Shown: positions 12,441 to 22,595, counted from the stretch's first letter. The stretch is 52,311 nucleotides of DNA from Acidobacteriota bacterium (GCA_046724475.1 JBKOVK010000317.1:1-52311); one strand, 5' to 3'. Notes: generated by a model not told the origin, from the sequence alone. Made by a program: numbers and translations.

Positions 12441-12460
12441 TCCGCGCTTTCGAAAAGACG

Positions 12461-12484
12461 GAAGAAGGGAAGAAGGGAAGAAGG
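12461..12484 (+). repeat. Perfect 8-bp tandem repeat (GAAGAAGG)x3
   Basis: Read directly; the last unit merges into the skp Shine-Dalgarno. Confidence 0.85.
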
Positions 12485-12491
12485 AGTGGGA

Positions 12492-13139
12492 ATGAAACGC
12501 ATTGCTCTCTTCGCGGCGGCGGCCCTTGGGGCTGCTACCGCCCAGGCTCAGGGAACGACGGCCCCGCCTCCCGCTACGGCGGCCCCGGCTCCGGGCGTGC
12601 AGAAGATCGGCGTCATCAACGTCGAGCGTCTGGTGCAGGAGTCGGCGCTGGGCAAGGAGGCGTTCAACCGGGTCAAGCGGCTGAATGATCAGAAGAAGGA
12701 AGAGGCCGACAAGCTCTCCAAGGAGCTCCGCGACATGGAGCAGAAGCTGGCCGACCAGGGATCGTCGCTTGCCGATGACAAGCGCGAGTCCCTCCAGAAG
12801 ACGTACCAGGAGAAGGCGATCGCTTTCAAGCGCTTCCAGGACGATGCCAACCGCGACCTCGAGACCGCTCAGAAGAAGGAGCTCGCGGACTTAGAGAAGC
12901 GCGTCTTCCCGGTGATCAACCAGGTCGGCAAGGAGAAGGGCTTCACGATCATCCTCAACAAGTTCCAGTCCGGACTGGTCTACGCCGACGACTCGGTCGA
13001 CGTCACGGACGAAGTCCTGAAGGTGTTCAACACCACCGTGGCGGTTCCGAAGCCGGCCGCCGCAGCAGCGCCCGGCGGTTCGACGCCCGGTTCCGCGGCC
13101 TCCAAGGCCCCCGCTCCCGCTCCCACCAAGAAGCCGTAG
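12492..13139 (+). CDS. skp: Periplasmic chaperone Skp/OmpH
   Basis: Signal peptide [25 protein letters not shown], coiled coil, LVYA...D.T..VL. Start moved from 12369 to the SD-preceded ATG. Confidence 0.92.
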   Translation: MKRIALFAAAALGAATAQAQGTTAPPPATAAPAPGVQKIGVINVERLVQESALGKEAFNRVKRLNDQKKEEADKLSKELRDMEQKLADQGSSLADDKRESLQKTYQEKAIAFKRFQDDANRDLETAQKKELADLEKRVFPVINQVGKEKGFTIILNKFQSGLVYADDSVDVTDEVLKVFNTTVAVPKPAAAAAPGGSTPGSAASKAPAPAPTKKP

Positions 13140-13170
13140 CGTTCGCGGAAGCCGGGAGTCGACGATCGCC

Positions 13171-14259
13171 GTGGCCCGCGCGAAGCGTTCCACCCGCGCT
13201 CCGAGCCGGCCGCGCCGCGGGGCCCGTTCGGAACGCGGCGGCTTCACGCTTGCGGAGGTCTCGCGCCTCGTCGGCGGCCGCGTCGCTGGCAACCCGGCAA
13301 CGCGCCTGACGGGGATTGCCCCGCTCGATTCGGCAGGTCCGGGCGACCTTTCGTGGGTCGTGGACGATCGGAGGGCCGCCGAGGCCGCGAAGAGCCGCGC
13401 CGGAGCCCTCCTGGTCGATCGAGAAGCACTGGCCTCCGGCCGCCCGTGCGTCGTCGTCGAAGCGCCGCAGGTCGCCCTGGTCCGGCTGCTGGAGGCTCGC
13501 TTTCCGGCAGCGCGGCCGAAGGCCGGTGTCGCCCGCGGAGCGGTCGTTGACCGGTCGGCGCGGCTCGGCGCCGGCGTCTCCGTCGCCCCCGGCGCCACGG
13601 TTGCCGCGGGCGCGCGCGTGGGCGCGCGGACCGTCCTCTCGGCGGGCGCGTACGTCGGCGAAGGCGCAGAGATCGGCGAGGACTGTTTCCTCCATCCCAA
13701 TGCGGCGGTCCTGGCCGGCTGTCGGGTCGGAGCGCGCTGCGTCCTCCACGCGGGCGCGGTTGTCGGGGCCGACGGGTTCGGGTACGTCTGGGACGGGCAG
13801 GCGCACCGGAAGATCCCCCAGCTCGGCATCGTCCGCGTCGAGGACGACGTCGAGATCGGCGCCAACTCCACCGTGGACCGGGCCACTCTCGGGGAAACCG
13901 TCATCGGCCGGGGGACGAAGATCGACAATCTCGTTCAGGTGGGGCATAACGTCGTCGTGGGCGAGCACGCCATCCTCTGCGGGCAGGTCGGGATCGGCGG
14001 CTCCTCGACCCTGGGACGGGGCGTCACGCTCGCCGGGCAGGTCGGAATCTCGGACCACGTGACCATCGGCGACGGCGCGATCCTCACCGGACAGGCCGGC
14101 ATCGCGCGCCAGGCCAAGGTCCCGGCGGGGGCGGTTCTGTCCGGAATGCCGGCGCTTCCGCATCGCGAGTTCCTCAAGCGCGCGGCACTGCTGGGCCGGC
14201 TCGAGGCGGCGCTGGAAAGGCTGACGGCCCTCGAGAAGAAGCTCGCGGGACGGCGTTAG
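13171..14259 (+). CDS. lpxD: UDP-3-O-(3-hydroxyacyl)glucosamine N-acyltransferase
   Basis: Hexapeptide repeats, [36 protein letters not shown]. Confidence 0.96.
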   Translation: MARAKRSTRAPSRPRRGARSERGGFTLAEVSRLVGGRVAGNPATRLTGIAPLDSAGPGDLSWVVDDRRAAEAAKSRAGALLVDREALASGRPCVVVEAPQVALVRLLEARFPAARPKAGVARGAVVDRSARLGAGVSVAPGATVAAGARVGARTVLSAGAYVGEGAEIGEDCFLHPNAAVLAGCRVGARCVLHAGAVVGADGFGYVWDGQAHRKIPQLGIVRVEDDVEIGANSTVDRATLGETVIGRGTKIDNLVQVGHNVVVGEHAILCGQVGIGGSSTLGRGVTLAGQVGISDHVTIGDGAILTGQAGIARQAKVPAGAVLSGMPALPHREFLKRAALLGRLEAALERLTALEKKLAGRR

Positions 14260-14267
14260 GAGGCGGC

Positions 14268-14705
14268 GTGGAACTGGGAATCAACGAGATCCTGAAGACG
14301 CTCCCGCACCGTTATCCGTTCCTGCTCGTCGATCGGATCCTGGAGATCGTGCCGGGCAAGCGGGCGGTGGGCATCAAGAACGTCACGTTCAACGAGGAGT
14401 TCTTCCAGGGACACTTCCCGGGAAACCCGGTGATGCCGGGCGTGCTCGTCCTCGAGTCGATGGCCCAGGTCGCCGGCGTGATGCTTCTCGGCGTCGTTCC
14501 GGACAAGGAGAAGAAGCTCCTGTACCTCTCGGGCGTGGACCGGTGCAAGTTCCGGCGTCCCGTCGTCCCGGGGGACCAGCTGCGCATCGAGGCCGAGGTC
14601 ATGTCGCTGAAGGCCAAGGTCTGCAAGTGCCGCGTGACGGCGACGGTGGACGGTAACCTCTGCACCGAGGCCGAGCTCCTTTCGGTGCTGGTGGATCGCC
14701 CGTGA
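14268..14705 (+). CDS. fabZ: 3-hydroxyacyl-ACP dehydratase
   Basis: LPHRYPFLLVDR, KNVT.NE.FF.GHFP..PVMPGVL..E.MAQ. Confidence 0.97.
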   Translation: MELGINEILKTLPHRYPFLLVDRILEIVPGKRAVGIKNVTFNEEFFQGHFPGNPVMPGVLVLESMAQVAGVMLLGVVPDKEKKLLYLSGVDRCKFRRPVVPGDQLRIEAEVMSLKAKVCKCRVTATVDGNLCTEAELLSVLVDRP

Positions 14706-15487
14706 GCGTCGAGATCCATCCCAGCGCGGTCGTCTCGCATTCGGCGTCGCTGGGCGACGACGTGTCGATCGGACCTTATGCCGTGATCGGCGACGACGTG
14801 GTGCTCGGCGCCCGCACGCGCGTGGGCGCCCACGTCTCGATCCAGGGGCCCGCGATTTTCGGCGAGGAGAACCGGATCTTCACGCATGCGGCGCTGGGCT
14901 GCGATCCCCAGGACCTGAAGTACCGTGGCGAGCGGACGCGGCTCGTCGTCGGCGCGCGCAACACGTTCCGCGAGTTCATGACGGTCCACCGCGGGACGCC
15001 GGGCGGCCACGGCGAGACCGTGATCGGCGACGACAACTACTTCATGAACTTCTCCCACGTGGCGCACGACAACCGAATCGGCTCGAGGGTCGTGCTCGCC
15101 AACGGCGCCGTGCTCGCGGGCCACGTCGAAGTCGGCGACTACGCGATTCTCTCGGCATACTCCGGCGCCCACCAGTTCATTCGCATCGGCCGCCACGCCT
15201 TCGTCGGCGCGTACTCGCCGCTCCGGCGCGACGTGCTGCCGTATTGCCGGACGGACGGCGCCGAGGGTGAGGTCAAGACGTACGGCTTGAATACCGTGGG
15301 TCTCAAGCGCCACGGGTTTTCCGACGAGCGCATCGAGGCGCTGCAGAAGGCCTACCGGCTCCTGGTCAAGTCCAAGCTGAACACCAGCCAGGCCCTCGCG
15401 CGGATCGCCGAGGAGCTTCCGGGGCAGCCCGACGTGGAGGAGCTCGTCGTGTTCATCCAGGGGAGTGAGCGGGGCTTCATCAAGTGA
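14702..15487 (+). CDS. lpxA: Acyl-ACP--UDP-GlcNAc (or GlcNAc3N) acyltransferase
   Basis: Hexapeptide repeats, PQDLKY, HRGT, catalytic HVAHD, LAGHV, HQF, GLN.VGLKR. Confidence 0.96.
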   Translation: MSVEIHPSAVVSHSASLGDDVSIGPYAVIGDDVVLGARTRVGAHVSIQGPAIFGEENRIFTHAALGCDPQDLKYRGERTRLVVGARNTFREFMTVHRGTPGGHGETVIGDDNYFMNFSHVAHDNRIGSRVVLANGAVLAGHVEVGDYAILSAYSGAHQFIRIGRHAFVGAYSPLRRDVLPYCRTDGAEGEVKTYGLNTVGLKRHGFSDERIEALQKAYRLLVKSKLNTSQALARIAEELPGQPDVEELVVFIQGSERGFIK

Positions 15488-15500
15488 GGGGCGCCCGGGC

Positions 15501-16466
15501 GTGACGGCGGCCGATCCGGTTCGTCTCGCCGTAGTGGGCGTGGGCCACCTCGGGCGTCACCACGCCCGCCTCGCCTCGGAGCTTCCCGGAGTGTCGCTCG
15601 TCGGAATCCACGACCACCACGAGGGGCGCGCCGAAGAGGTCGCGCGGGAGCGGGGGCTGACGGTCCTCTCCGGGCCCGAGGAGGTCGCGCGCCGGGCCCA
15701 GGCGGTCGTCATCGCGACGCCGACGAGCTCCCACGGCGCGCTGTCGCGCTTCTTCCTGGAGCGCGGCCTCGACGTTTTGGTCGAGAAGCCGATCACCGAG
15801 GAAGTCTCCGCGGCCACGGCTCTGGTGGATCTGGCGCGCGAGCGCCGTCGGGTGCTGGGGGTGGGCCACGTCGAGCGCTACAACCCGGCGGTGGCGGCGG
15901 TTCTGGCCCGCGTGCCCGAGCCGGTTTTCATCGAGGGACACCGGCTGGGTCTGTTTGCTCCGCGCAGCCTGGACGTGGACGTCGTCCTGGACCTGATGAT
16001 CCATGACCTGCAAATCGTGACCGATCTCGTACGCCGGCCGGTGCGGGAGATCCGCGCGGCGGGGATGCCGGTGGTCACCTCCAAGATCGACATCGCCAAC
16101 GCGCGAATCGAGTTCGAGGGAGGGTGCGTCGCGAACCTGACGGCCTCCCGGGTGTCCTCCGAGCGCATGCGCAAGCTCCGCGTCTTCGGCCGGTCGCTCT
16201 ACTGCTCCGTCGACATGCACGAGCGCTCGGTCCAGGCCTTCGCCCTGGGTGACGGAAGCGGGCCGTCCCGTATCGTCCCGGTGGCGGTGCCCGTCGAGCC
16301 GGGGGATCCCCTGGCGCGGGAGCTCTCGGACTTCGTGGCCGCCGTCCGCGAGCGGCGCGCTCCCCTGGTCTCCGGTGAGGTGGGGCGGGACGCGCTGATC
16401 CTGGCCGAGCGCGTGCGCGAGGCCATCGCCGAGCACCGGGGGCGGTCCGGAGGGGAGAGATCGTGA
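15501..16466 (+). CDS. Gfo/Idh/MocA oxidoreductase, probable GnnA (UDP-GlcNAc 3-dehydrogenase)
   Basis: GVGHLG..H, EKP, GHVERYNP, DVVLDLMIHD, ANLTASRVS; directly after lpxA. Start set at GTG 15501. Confidence 0.8.
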   Translation: MTAADPVRLAVVGVGHLGRHHARLASELPGVSLVGIHDHHEGRAEEVARERGLTVLSGPEEVARRAQAVVIATPTSSHGALSRFFLERGLDVLVEKPITEEVSAATALVDLARERRRVLGVGHVERYNPAVAAVLARVPEPVFIEGHRLGLFAPRSLDVDVVLDLMIHDLQIVTDLVRRPVREIRAAGMPVVTSKIDIANARIEFEGGCVANLTASRVSSERMRKLRVFGRSLYCSVDMHERSVQAFALGDGSGPSRIVPVAVPVEPGDPLARELSDFVAAVRERRAPLVSGEVGRDALILAERVREAIAEHRGRSGGERS

Positions 16467-17323
16467 ACCGCGCCCGCGTCGGGCTGGTCGGAGGAAGCGG
16501 CGTCTACGATCTCTCCTCGATCGAGAATCTTTCCGAGGAGCGGGTCAACACTCCCTTTGGCAAACCGAGCGACGCGTATTTCTGCGGCACGTTGAACGGC
16601 GTCCCCGTCGCGTTTCTGTCCCGGCACGGCCGCGGTCACCGCGTCGGCCCGTCCGAGATCAACTACCGCGCGAACGTCTGCGGCTTCAAGATGCTGGGCT
16701 GCGACGCTATCCTCTCCGCCTCGGCCTGCGGCAGCCTGAAGGAAGAGCTTCCTCCCCGCATGGCCGTGATTCCGGACCAGTTCATCGACCGCACCCGGCA
16801 TCGCGTCGACACCTTCTTCGGCGATGGCATCGTGGGACACGCGGGCCTCGCGGACCCCGTGTGCCCGTCGCTCTCGCAGACGCTCGAGCAGGCCGCCCGC
16901 GCCGGTGGCCTCGACGTCCGTAGCGGAGGCACCTACGTGTGCATGGAGGGACCTCAGTTCTCGACGCGCGCGGAATCGAACCTCTACCGGTCCTGGGGCG
17001 CCGACATCATCGGCATGACCAACCTGACCGAGGCGCGGCTGTGCCGCGAGGCCGAGATCTGCTACGCGAGCCTCGCCCTGGTCACCGACTACGACTGCTG
17101 GCGGGAGGAGACCGAAGACGTTTCGGTCGAGGTCATCCTGTCGATTCTGCGGGAGAACGCGGACGCGGCGCGCCGTTCCCTCGCCGGGGCGGTGACGCGC
17201 GTGAATCCCGGCCGGGCCTGTTCCTGCCGCGACGCCATGCGCTTCGGCGTCATCACCGACCGCGCCGCGATTTCCCCGGCGGCGAAGGAACGGCTCCGGC
17301 CGGTCATCGGGAGGTACCTCTGA
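16463..17323 (+). CDS. mtnP: S-methyl-5'-thioadenosine phosphorylase
   Basis: GGSG, TPFG.PSD, RHG.GH, NYRAN, PDQFIDRT, EGPQFSTRAES, GMTN, VTDYDCW. Confidence 0.95.
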   Translation: MNRARVGLVGGSGVYDLSSIENLSEERVNTPFGKPSDAYFCGTLNGVPVAFLSRHGRGHRVGPSEINYRANVCGFKMLGCDAILSASACGSLKEELPPRMAVIPDQFIDRTRHRVDTFFGDGIVGHAGLADPVCPSLSQTLEQAARAGGLDVRSGGTYVCMEGPQFSTRAESNLYRSWGADIIGMTNLTEARLCREAEICYASLALVTDYDCWREETEDVSVEVILSILRENADAARRSLAGAVTRVNPGRACSCRDAMRFGVITDRAAISPAAKERLRPVIGRYL

Positions 17324-18306
17324 AGAACCACGGACGCATCGTCGTCACCGGCTCGGTGGCGTTCGACTACCTGATGACGTTCCCCGGCAAGTTCACCGAG
17401 CACCTGATCCCGGACCGCATGTCGCGGCTGTCGGTGTCGTTCCTCGTGGACGAGATGCGGCGAGTTCCCGGAGGCTGCGGCCCCAACATCGCGTACGGGC
17501 TCGCGCTCCTGGGGGAGCGGCCGATCTTGTTGGCGACCGCCGGGCAGGATGCCGCGGAGTACCGAGACCGGCTGGCCGCGGAGGGCGTCGACGTCTCGTG
17601 GCTGCGGCTGGAGCCCGACCTCTTCACGGCCTCGTTCTTCGTCTCCACCGACCAGGACCAGAACCAGCTCGCCTCGTTCTACACAGGAGCGATGGCGCGG
17701 GCCCGCAACCTTCCTCTCTCGACGCTGGATCCGTCCTCGGTCGCGTTCGTCGTCATCTCTCCCAACGACCCTCCCGCCATGGCGGCCCATGCCGAAGACT
17801 GCCGGCGCCTCGGAATTCCATTCCTCTACGATCCAAGCCAGCAGGTCACGCGGCTCTCGGGCGAGGAGATGGCGGAGGGCTTCCGCGGCGCCGCGATCCT
17901 GATCGTCAACGACTATGAGTCCGGCATCCTGACGCACAAGACCGGACTCTCGATCGACGAGCTCCAGACGCGCGTGCCGACTCTCATCGTCACGCACGGC
18001 GCCGACGGCTCCACGATCCACGCCCGCGACGGGTCCGGGGTCATCGCTCACCAGATCCCACCGGCGAAAGTCGAAAAGGAAGCCGTCGACCCGACGGGAG
18101 TCGGCGACATGTACCGCGCCGGACTCCTGCGCGGCCTGCGGATCGGAGCGCCCTGGCCCGTAGCGGGACGCATCGGCAGTGTCGCCGCCGTGTTCGGGAT
18201 CGAGGCCCTGGGGCCGCAGCCTCCGCGCTACACGCCCTCGGAGTTCCTGGAGCGCTACCGCCGCAACTTCGGCGACGCTCCGGAGCTCGGGCGCCTCTTC
18301 GCCTAG
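17320..18306 (+). CDS. PfkB-family kinase, adenosine kinase-like
   Basis: IVVTGSVAFDYLM, SFLV..M....GGC..NIAY, DPSQQ, N.YE, DPTGVGD. Probable CTG start at 17320 behind GGGAGG. Confidence 0.88.
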   Translation: MKNHGRIVVTGSVAFDYLMTFPGKFTEHLIPDRMSRLSVSFLVDEMRRVPGGCGPNIAYGLALLGERPILLATAGQDAAEYRDRLAAEGVDVSWLRLEPDLFTASFFVSTDQDQNQLASFYTGAMARARNLPLSTLDPSSVAFVVISPNDPPAMAAHAEDCRRLGIPFLYDPSQQVTRLSGEEMAEGFRGAAILIVNDYESGILTHKTGLSIDELQTRVPTLIVTHGADGSTIHARDGSGVIAHQIPPAKVEKEAVDPTGVGDMYRAGLLRGLRIGAPWPVAGRIGSVAAVFGIEALGPQPPRYTPSEFLERYRRNFGDAPELGRLFA

Positions 18307-18373
18307 GCGCGACTGGAGCCCGGCCGTCGCCGGGTTACAATGGCGTCTCTTCAACGAGGAACGATCCTTGAGC

Positions 18374-18868
18374 ATGCGCGCTTCGCGCCGCGCGACGGCG
18401 GCTTTCTCGCCGAGGCACTTCGAAGGAAGCCTCGACGCCCGCGGCCTGCGCTTCGGGATCGTTTGCGCGCGCTGGAATCCGACCATCACCGACGCGATGC
18501 TGGCGTCGGCCCTGGACACGCTGCGGCGCCGCGGCGCGAGGGTCGCCGACGTCGCGGTGGCGAGGGTTCCCGGAGCGTTCGAGGTTCCCTCCGGCGCTCG
18601 CGCGATGCTCGACACCCGCAAACCCGACGCCTTGATCGCCCTGGCTGCGATCATCCGGGGAGAGACCACGCACCACGAGATCCTGGGCAACACCGTGGCC
18701 TGGGCCCTCGGGGCCCTCTCCGTCCAGACCGGGGTCCCTCTCGGCTTCGGGGTCCTGACCTGCGAAACGATGGAGCAGGCGCGCGAACGGACCGACAAGG
18801 GCGTCGAAGCGGCCGAGGCGGCCATCGAGATGGCGAACCTGCGCCGGCATCTGAAGGGCGCCAAGTAG
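18374..18868 (+). CDS. ribH: 6,7-dimethyl-8-ribityllumazine synthase
   Basis: ARWN..IT..ML, VPGAFEVP, IRGET.H, FGVLT..T.EQA.ER; classic ribH-nusB pair; TACAAT -10 at 18336-18341. Confidence 0.92.
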   Translation: MRASRRATAAFSPRHFEGSLDARGLRFGIVCARWNPTITDAMLASALDTLRRRGARVADVAVARVPGAFEVPSGARAMLDTRKPDALIALAAIIRGETTHHEILGNTVAWALGALSVQTGVPLGFGVLTCETMEQARERTDKGVEAAEAAIEMANLRRHLKGAK

Positions 18869-18869
18869 C

Positions 18870-19292
18870 ATGGGCCAGCGGCGCAAGGCGCGCGAGCTCG
18901 CGCTCCAGATGCTCTACGAGCACGACGTGGCGGGGACCGAGCCCCAGGAGATGTTCCGCCGCTCCGACGAGCTGCAGCAGGCTCCCGAGGGAATCCAGAG
19001 CTTCGCGCGCCGGCTCGTGTCGGGGACCCTCCTCCACCGCAAGGACCTCGACGCGATCATCTCGCGCCAGGCCGACCACTGGCGGCTGGCCCGGATGCCG
19101 GTGGTCGACCGCAACATCCTCCGGCTGGCGCTCTTCGAGCTTCTGCACGAGCCGGAGACGCCGCGCCCCGTGGTCATCGACGAGGCCCTCGAGATCGCCA
19201 AGCGCTTCTCGACGCCGAAGTCTTCCCAGTTCATCAACGGCATCCTCGACGGCGTCCTGAAGTCGACGCGGGGCGCCTCGCGCGAATCGTGA
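18870..19292 (+). CDS. nusB: Transcription antitermination factor NusB
   Basis: RRKARELALQMLY, W.L.RM..VDRNILR, VVIDEALEIAK.F, FINGILD. Confidence 0.97.
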   Translation: MGQRRKARELALQMLYEHDVAGTEPQEMFRRSDELQQAPEGIQSFARRLVSGTLLHRKDLDAIISRQADHWRLARMPVVDRNILRLALFELLHEPETPRPVVIDEALEIAKRFSTPKSSQFINGILDGVLKSTRGASRES

Positions 19293-20062
19293 GACTCCGA
19301 GTCTTGCTTCTCGCGGCCGCGTGCGCGGTCGTCGCGTTGTCCTCGCGCGCCGACGAGTTGGCGATCTATCGGGCGGCGGGCGCCGACGCGGGGCTCTTCG
19401 ACCAGTACGACAACGACGGATACTCGCTGGCGGTCACGCCGCGGCAAGGAGGGGAGCTGGAGCTCTCGGTCCGGGTGTCGGCGATGCCGCTGTCCAGCCG
19501 CGCGCCCTTCCCGACGGGCGCGGCGCTCGATGCCTCGCTCACTCGGTCGGCGGAACGGGACGCGTTCGCAAAGACCCTGGCGGGAGACGCCGCGACGCAG
19601 GCCCAGGCCGTCGAGCGGGTCCTCTCCGGTGTCGCCTCGTACGTCCGATACGACACGGACCGCTCGCGCCGCCAGGACCCCGCCTCGGTCTTCGCCTCGC
19701 GCCGGGGTCATTGCGTCGGCATCTCGGAGTTGGCCGTGGACCTGCTGCGCCGCGTCGGGATCACCGCCCGCACCGTGCAGGGCGTTCTTCGCACGAAGCC
19801 CGACAGCGACGGCTACGAAGAGCGCATCGGCGGCGTCTTTCACCGGTGGATCGAGGTCTACTACCCCGACACCGGATTTGTGTTCTCGGATCCGTCCTCG
19901 TCGATCAACAGTGTCGACGCCCGATACGTGCCGTTCAAGAGCCGCGCGTTCGAGCGTCCGCGCCAGCTGCGGCTGACACAGGTCGAGGCCTCCGGGCGCC
20001 TCGACTACCCGGTGCGCCGCTTTCCCGACGCCACGCTCCGAGTTCGGCCGACCGGGAAGTAG
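19289..20062 (+). CDS. Secreted transglutaminase-like cysteine protein
   Basis: Signal peptide; Cys-His-Asp triad motifs G.C......[20 protein letters not shown]. Confidence 0.8.
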   Translation: MRLRVLLLAAACAVVALSSRADELAIYRAAGADAGLFDQYDNDGYSLAVTPRQGGELELSVRVSAMPLSSRAPFPTGAALDASLTRSAERDAFAKTLAGDAATQAQAVERVLSGVASYVRYDTDRSRRQDPASVFASRRGHCVGISELAVDLLRRVGITARTVQGVLRTKPDSDGYEERIGGVFHRWIEVYYPDTGFVFSDPSSSINSVDARYVPFKSRAFERPRQLRLTQVEASGRLDYPVRRFPDATLRVRPTGK

Positions 20063-20089
20063 TTCCCGGTTTCGTGTTCCGGGTTCCGG
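20062..20089 (+). repeat. Degenerate heptamer tandem array (GTTCCGG)x4
   Basis: GTTCCCG GTTTCGT GTTCCGG GTTCCGG read directly. Confidence 0.7.
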
Positions 20090-20117
20090 GACGACCGTCG
20101 GGTATATTTGCCCGCCC

Positions 20118-22595
20118 ATGACCGAGAAGTACGCCCCCGGCCAGATCGAGGGGAAGTGGCAGAAACGGTGGGCCGACGCGCGCGTGGCCTACGTGGACAC
20201 CCGTGTGCCGGGCGATGAGTTCTACATGCTCAACATGTACCCGTATCCCTCGGGCAGCCGCCTGCATGTAGGCCACGGGCGCAACTACATCCTCGGAGAC
20301 GCGCTCTACCGGCGCGAGCGCATGGCCGGTCGGAAGGCCTTGAACCCGATGGGCTGGGACGCCTTCGGGCTGCCGGCCGAGAACGCGGCGATCAAGAGCG
20401 GCGTCCACCCGCGGACCTACACGCTCGAGAACATCGCCCGGATGAAGGAGCAGCTCTACGGGCTGGGCTGTCTCTACGATTGGTCCAAGGAACTCGCTTC
20501 CTGCGATCCCGAGTACTACCGGTGGAACCAGTGGCTCTTCCTGCGCATGTGGGAGAAGGGGCTCGCTTATCGGAAGACCGCGCCCGTGAACTGGTGCCCG
20601 GGCTGCCGGACGGTCCTCGCCAACGAGCAGGTCATCGACGGACGCTGCGAGCGCTCAGACGATCCGGTCGAGATCCGCGACCTGACCCAGTGGTTCTTCC
20701 GCGTCACCTCCTACGCGGATCGTCTGCTCGACGGGCTCGACCGTCTGCCGCACTGGTCCGATCGCGTCAAGACGATGCAGCGCAACTGGATCGGGCGGTC
20801 GGAAGGCGCCGAGATCCATTTTCGAGTGGACGGCCTGGCCGAACCCGTCACGGTCTTCACGACGCGCCCGGACACGCTCTACGGCGCGACGTTCCTGGCC
20901 CTCGCCCCCGAGCATCCGGTGGTGGCCGTCCTGGCGGAGCGCTCGCCGCGGCGGCGCGAGATCGAACAGTTCGTCGAGCGCGTGCGCCGGGAGTCGCGCC
21001 TCGAAAGGGAGGCCGAGACCGGCGAGAAAGAAGGGCTGGACACGGGCGCTCTCGCGCTCAATCCGGCGACCGGGCAGCCGATCCCGGTGTGGCTGGCCAA
21101 CTTCGTTCTTCCCGAGTACGGCACGGGCGCGATCATGGGAGTTCCCGGCCACGACCAGCGCGACTTCGAGTTCGCGCGGAAGTATGCGCTGGCGGTCCGG
21201 CTCGTCTACCAGACGGAAGGGGCGGAGATCGATCCCGACGCGATGACGGAAGCCCTGCCGCACGGCGGCAAGATCGTCCATTCGGGCACGTGGAACGGAA
21301 CGCCCAACGGGCCCGAGGCGATCCGAGTCGCGGTGCGGTGGCTCGAGGAACAGGGCTTCGGCCACGGCAAGGTCGGATACCGGCTGCGCGACTGGCTGAT
21401 CTCGCGCCAGCGGTACTGGGGAACTCCCATTCCCGCGATCCACTGTCCCACCGACGGCGTCGTTCCGGTACCGGACAAGGATCTGCCGGTCCGGCTGCCG
21501 GAAGACGTGGACTTTCTGGGCGCCGAAGGCAATCCGCTGGAGAAGTCGGAGGCTTTCCTGCGCGTCACGTGTCCCAAGTGCGGAGGGCCCGCCCGCCGCG
21601 AAACCGACACGATGGACACGTTCGTGGACTCGTCCTGGTACTACTTCCGCTTTCTCGATCCCCGCGGCGAGACCGAGATGGTCGACACCCCGCTCGTGGA
21701 TCGCTGGCTTCCGGTGGATCAGTACATCGGCGGGATCGAGCACGCGATCCTGCACCTTCTCTACGCGCGTTTCATCTGCCGCGTCCTGAAGGACATGGGG
21801 CTCGTGCACCTGGAGGAGCCATTCGAGCGGCTCTTCAACCAGGGAATGATCACCAGCCTGAACCCGTCGACCGGCAAGATCGAGAAGATGTCCAAGTCGC
21901 GGGGCAACACGGTCTCTCCCGACGAGCTGATCGCGCGCTACGGCGCCGACACGGTGCGCCTGTACACGCTCTTCATCGGACCTCCGGAGAAGGAGTCCGA
22001 GTGGTCGGAGGACGGCGTGGCCGGGGCGTTTCGGTTCCTGAACCGCGTCCATGACCTCTGCGAGCGGGTTCTCGCACTTCCCCCCGGAGGCGATCCGGGA
22101 CCGCGGGACACGCCCCTGGCGCGTCTGACCCACGCAACGATCGAGCGCGCCACGCGCGACGCCGCGGCGTTCCACTTTCACACGGCGATCGCCGCGCTGA
22201 TGGAATTCCAGCGGGGAATCTCCGACGCGCTGGAGGCCGGGGAGGAAACGCCGGCCGCCCTCCGCGCCGCCGTGCGTACGCTCCTGCAGCTGCTCCACCC
22301 GGTGGCGCCGCACCTGACCGAGGAGATGTGGGAGCGTTTCGGGGAGAAGGGATTCTTGGTCGAGTCGCGCTGGCCGGCGTTCGACTCGGCGCTGGCAACC
22401 TCGCTCGAGGTGACCCTCGTCGTCCAGGTCAACGGCAAGGTGCGGGGCAGGCTCTCCGTCGCCCGCGGGGCCACGGAATCCGAGGCCATGGAGCGCGCGC
22501 GCCAGGACGAGAAGATCCGGTCCTGGACCGAAGGCAAGCAGATCACCCGCACGGTGTTCGTCCCGGACCGGCTCCTGAACCTGGTCGTGCGGTGA
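20118..22595 (+). CDS. leuS: Leucine--tRNA ligase
   Basis: MYPYPSG..HVGH (HIGH motif), [15 protein letters not shown]1 editing [31 protein letters not shown]. Confidence 0.98.
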   Translation: MTEKYAPGQIEGKWQKRWADARVAYVDTRVPGDEFYMLNMYPYPSGSRLHVGHGRNYILGDALYRRERMAGRKALNPMGWDAFGLPAENAAIKSGVHPRTYTLENIARMKEQLYGLGCLYDWSKELASCDPEYYRWNQWLFLRMWEKGLAYRKTAPVNWCPGCRTVLANEQVIDGRCERSDDPVEIRDLTQWFFRVTSYADRLLDGLDRLPHWSDRVKTMQRNWIGRSEGAEIHFRVDGLAEPVTVFTTRPDTLYGATFLALAPEHPVVAVLAERSPRRREIEQFVERVRRESRLEREAETGEKEGLDTGALALNPATGQPIPVWLANFVLPEYGTGAIMGVPGHDQRDFEFARKYALAVRLVYQTEGAEIDPDAMTEALPHGGKIVHSGTWNGTPNGPEAIRVAVRWLEEQGFGHGKVGYRLRDWLISRQRYWGTPIPAIHCPTDGVVPVPDKDLPVRLPEDVDFLGAEGNPLEKSEAFLRVTCPKCGGPARRETDTMDTFVDSSWYYFRFLDPRGETEMVDTPLVDRWLPVDQYIGGIEHAILHLLYARFICRVLKDMGLVHLEEPFERLFNQGMITSLNPSTGKIEKMSKSRGNTVSPDELIARYGADTVRLYTLFIGPPEKESEWSEDGVAGAFRFLNRVHDLCERVLALPPGGDPGPRDTPLARLTHATIERATRDAAAFHFHTAIAALMEFQRGISDALEAGEETPAALRAAVRTLLQLLHPVAPHLTEEMWERFGEKGFLVESRWPAFDSALATSLEVTLVVQVNGKVRGRLSVARGATESEAMERARQDEKIRSWTEGKQITRTVFVPDRLLNLVVR

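Noticed and set aside
16939-17319. Possible mtnP-kinase frameshift fusion or long N-terminal extension
   Set aside because: mtnP ends normally; a strong SD plus the CTGA overlap explains the kinase start more simply.
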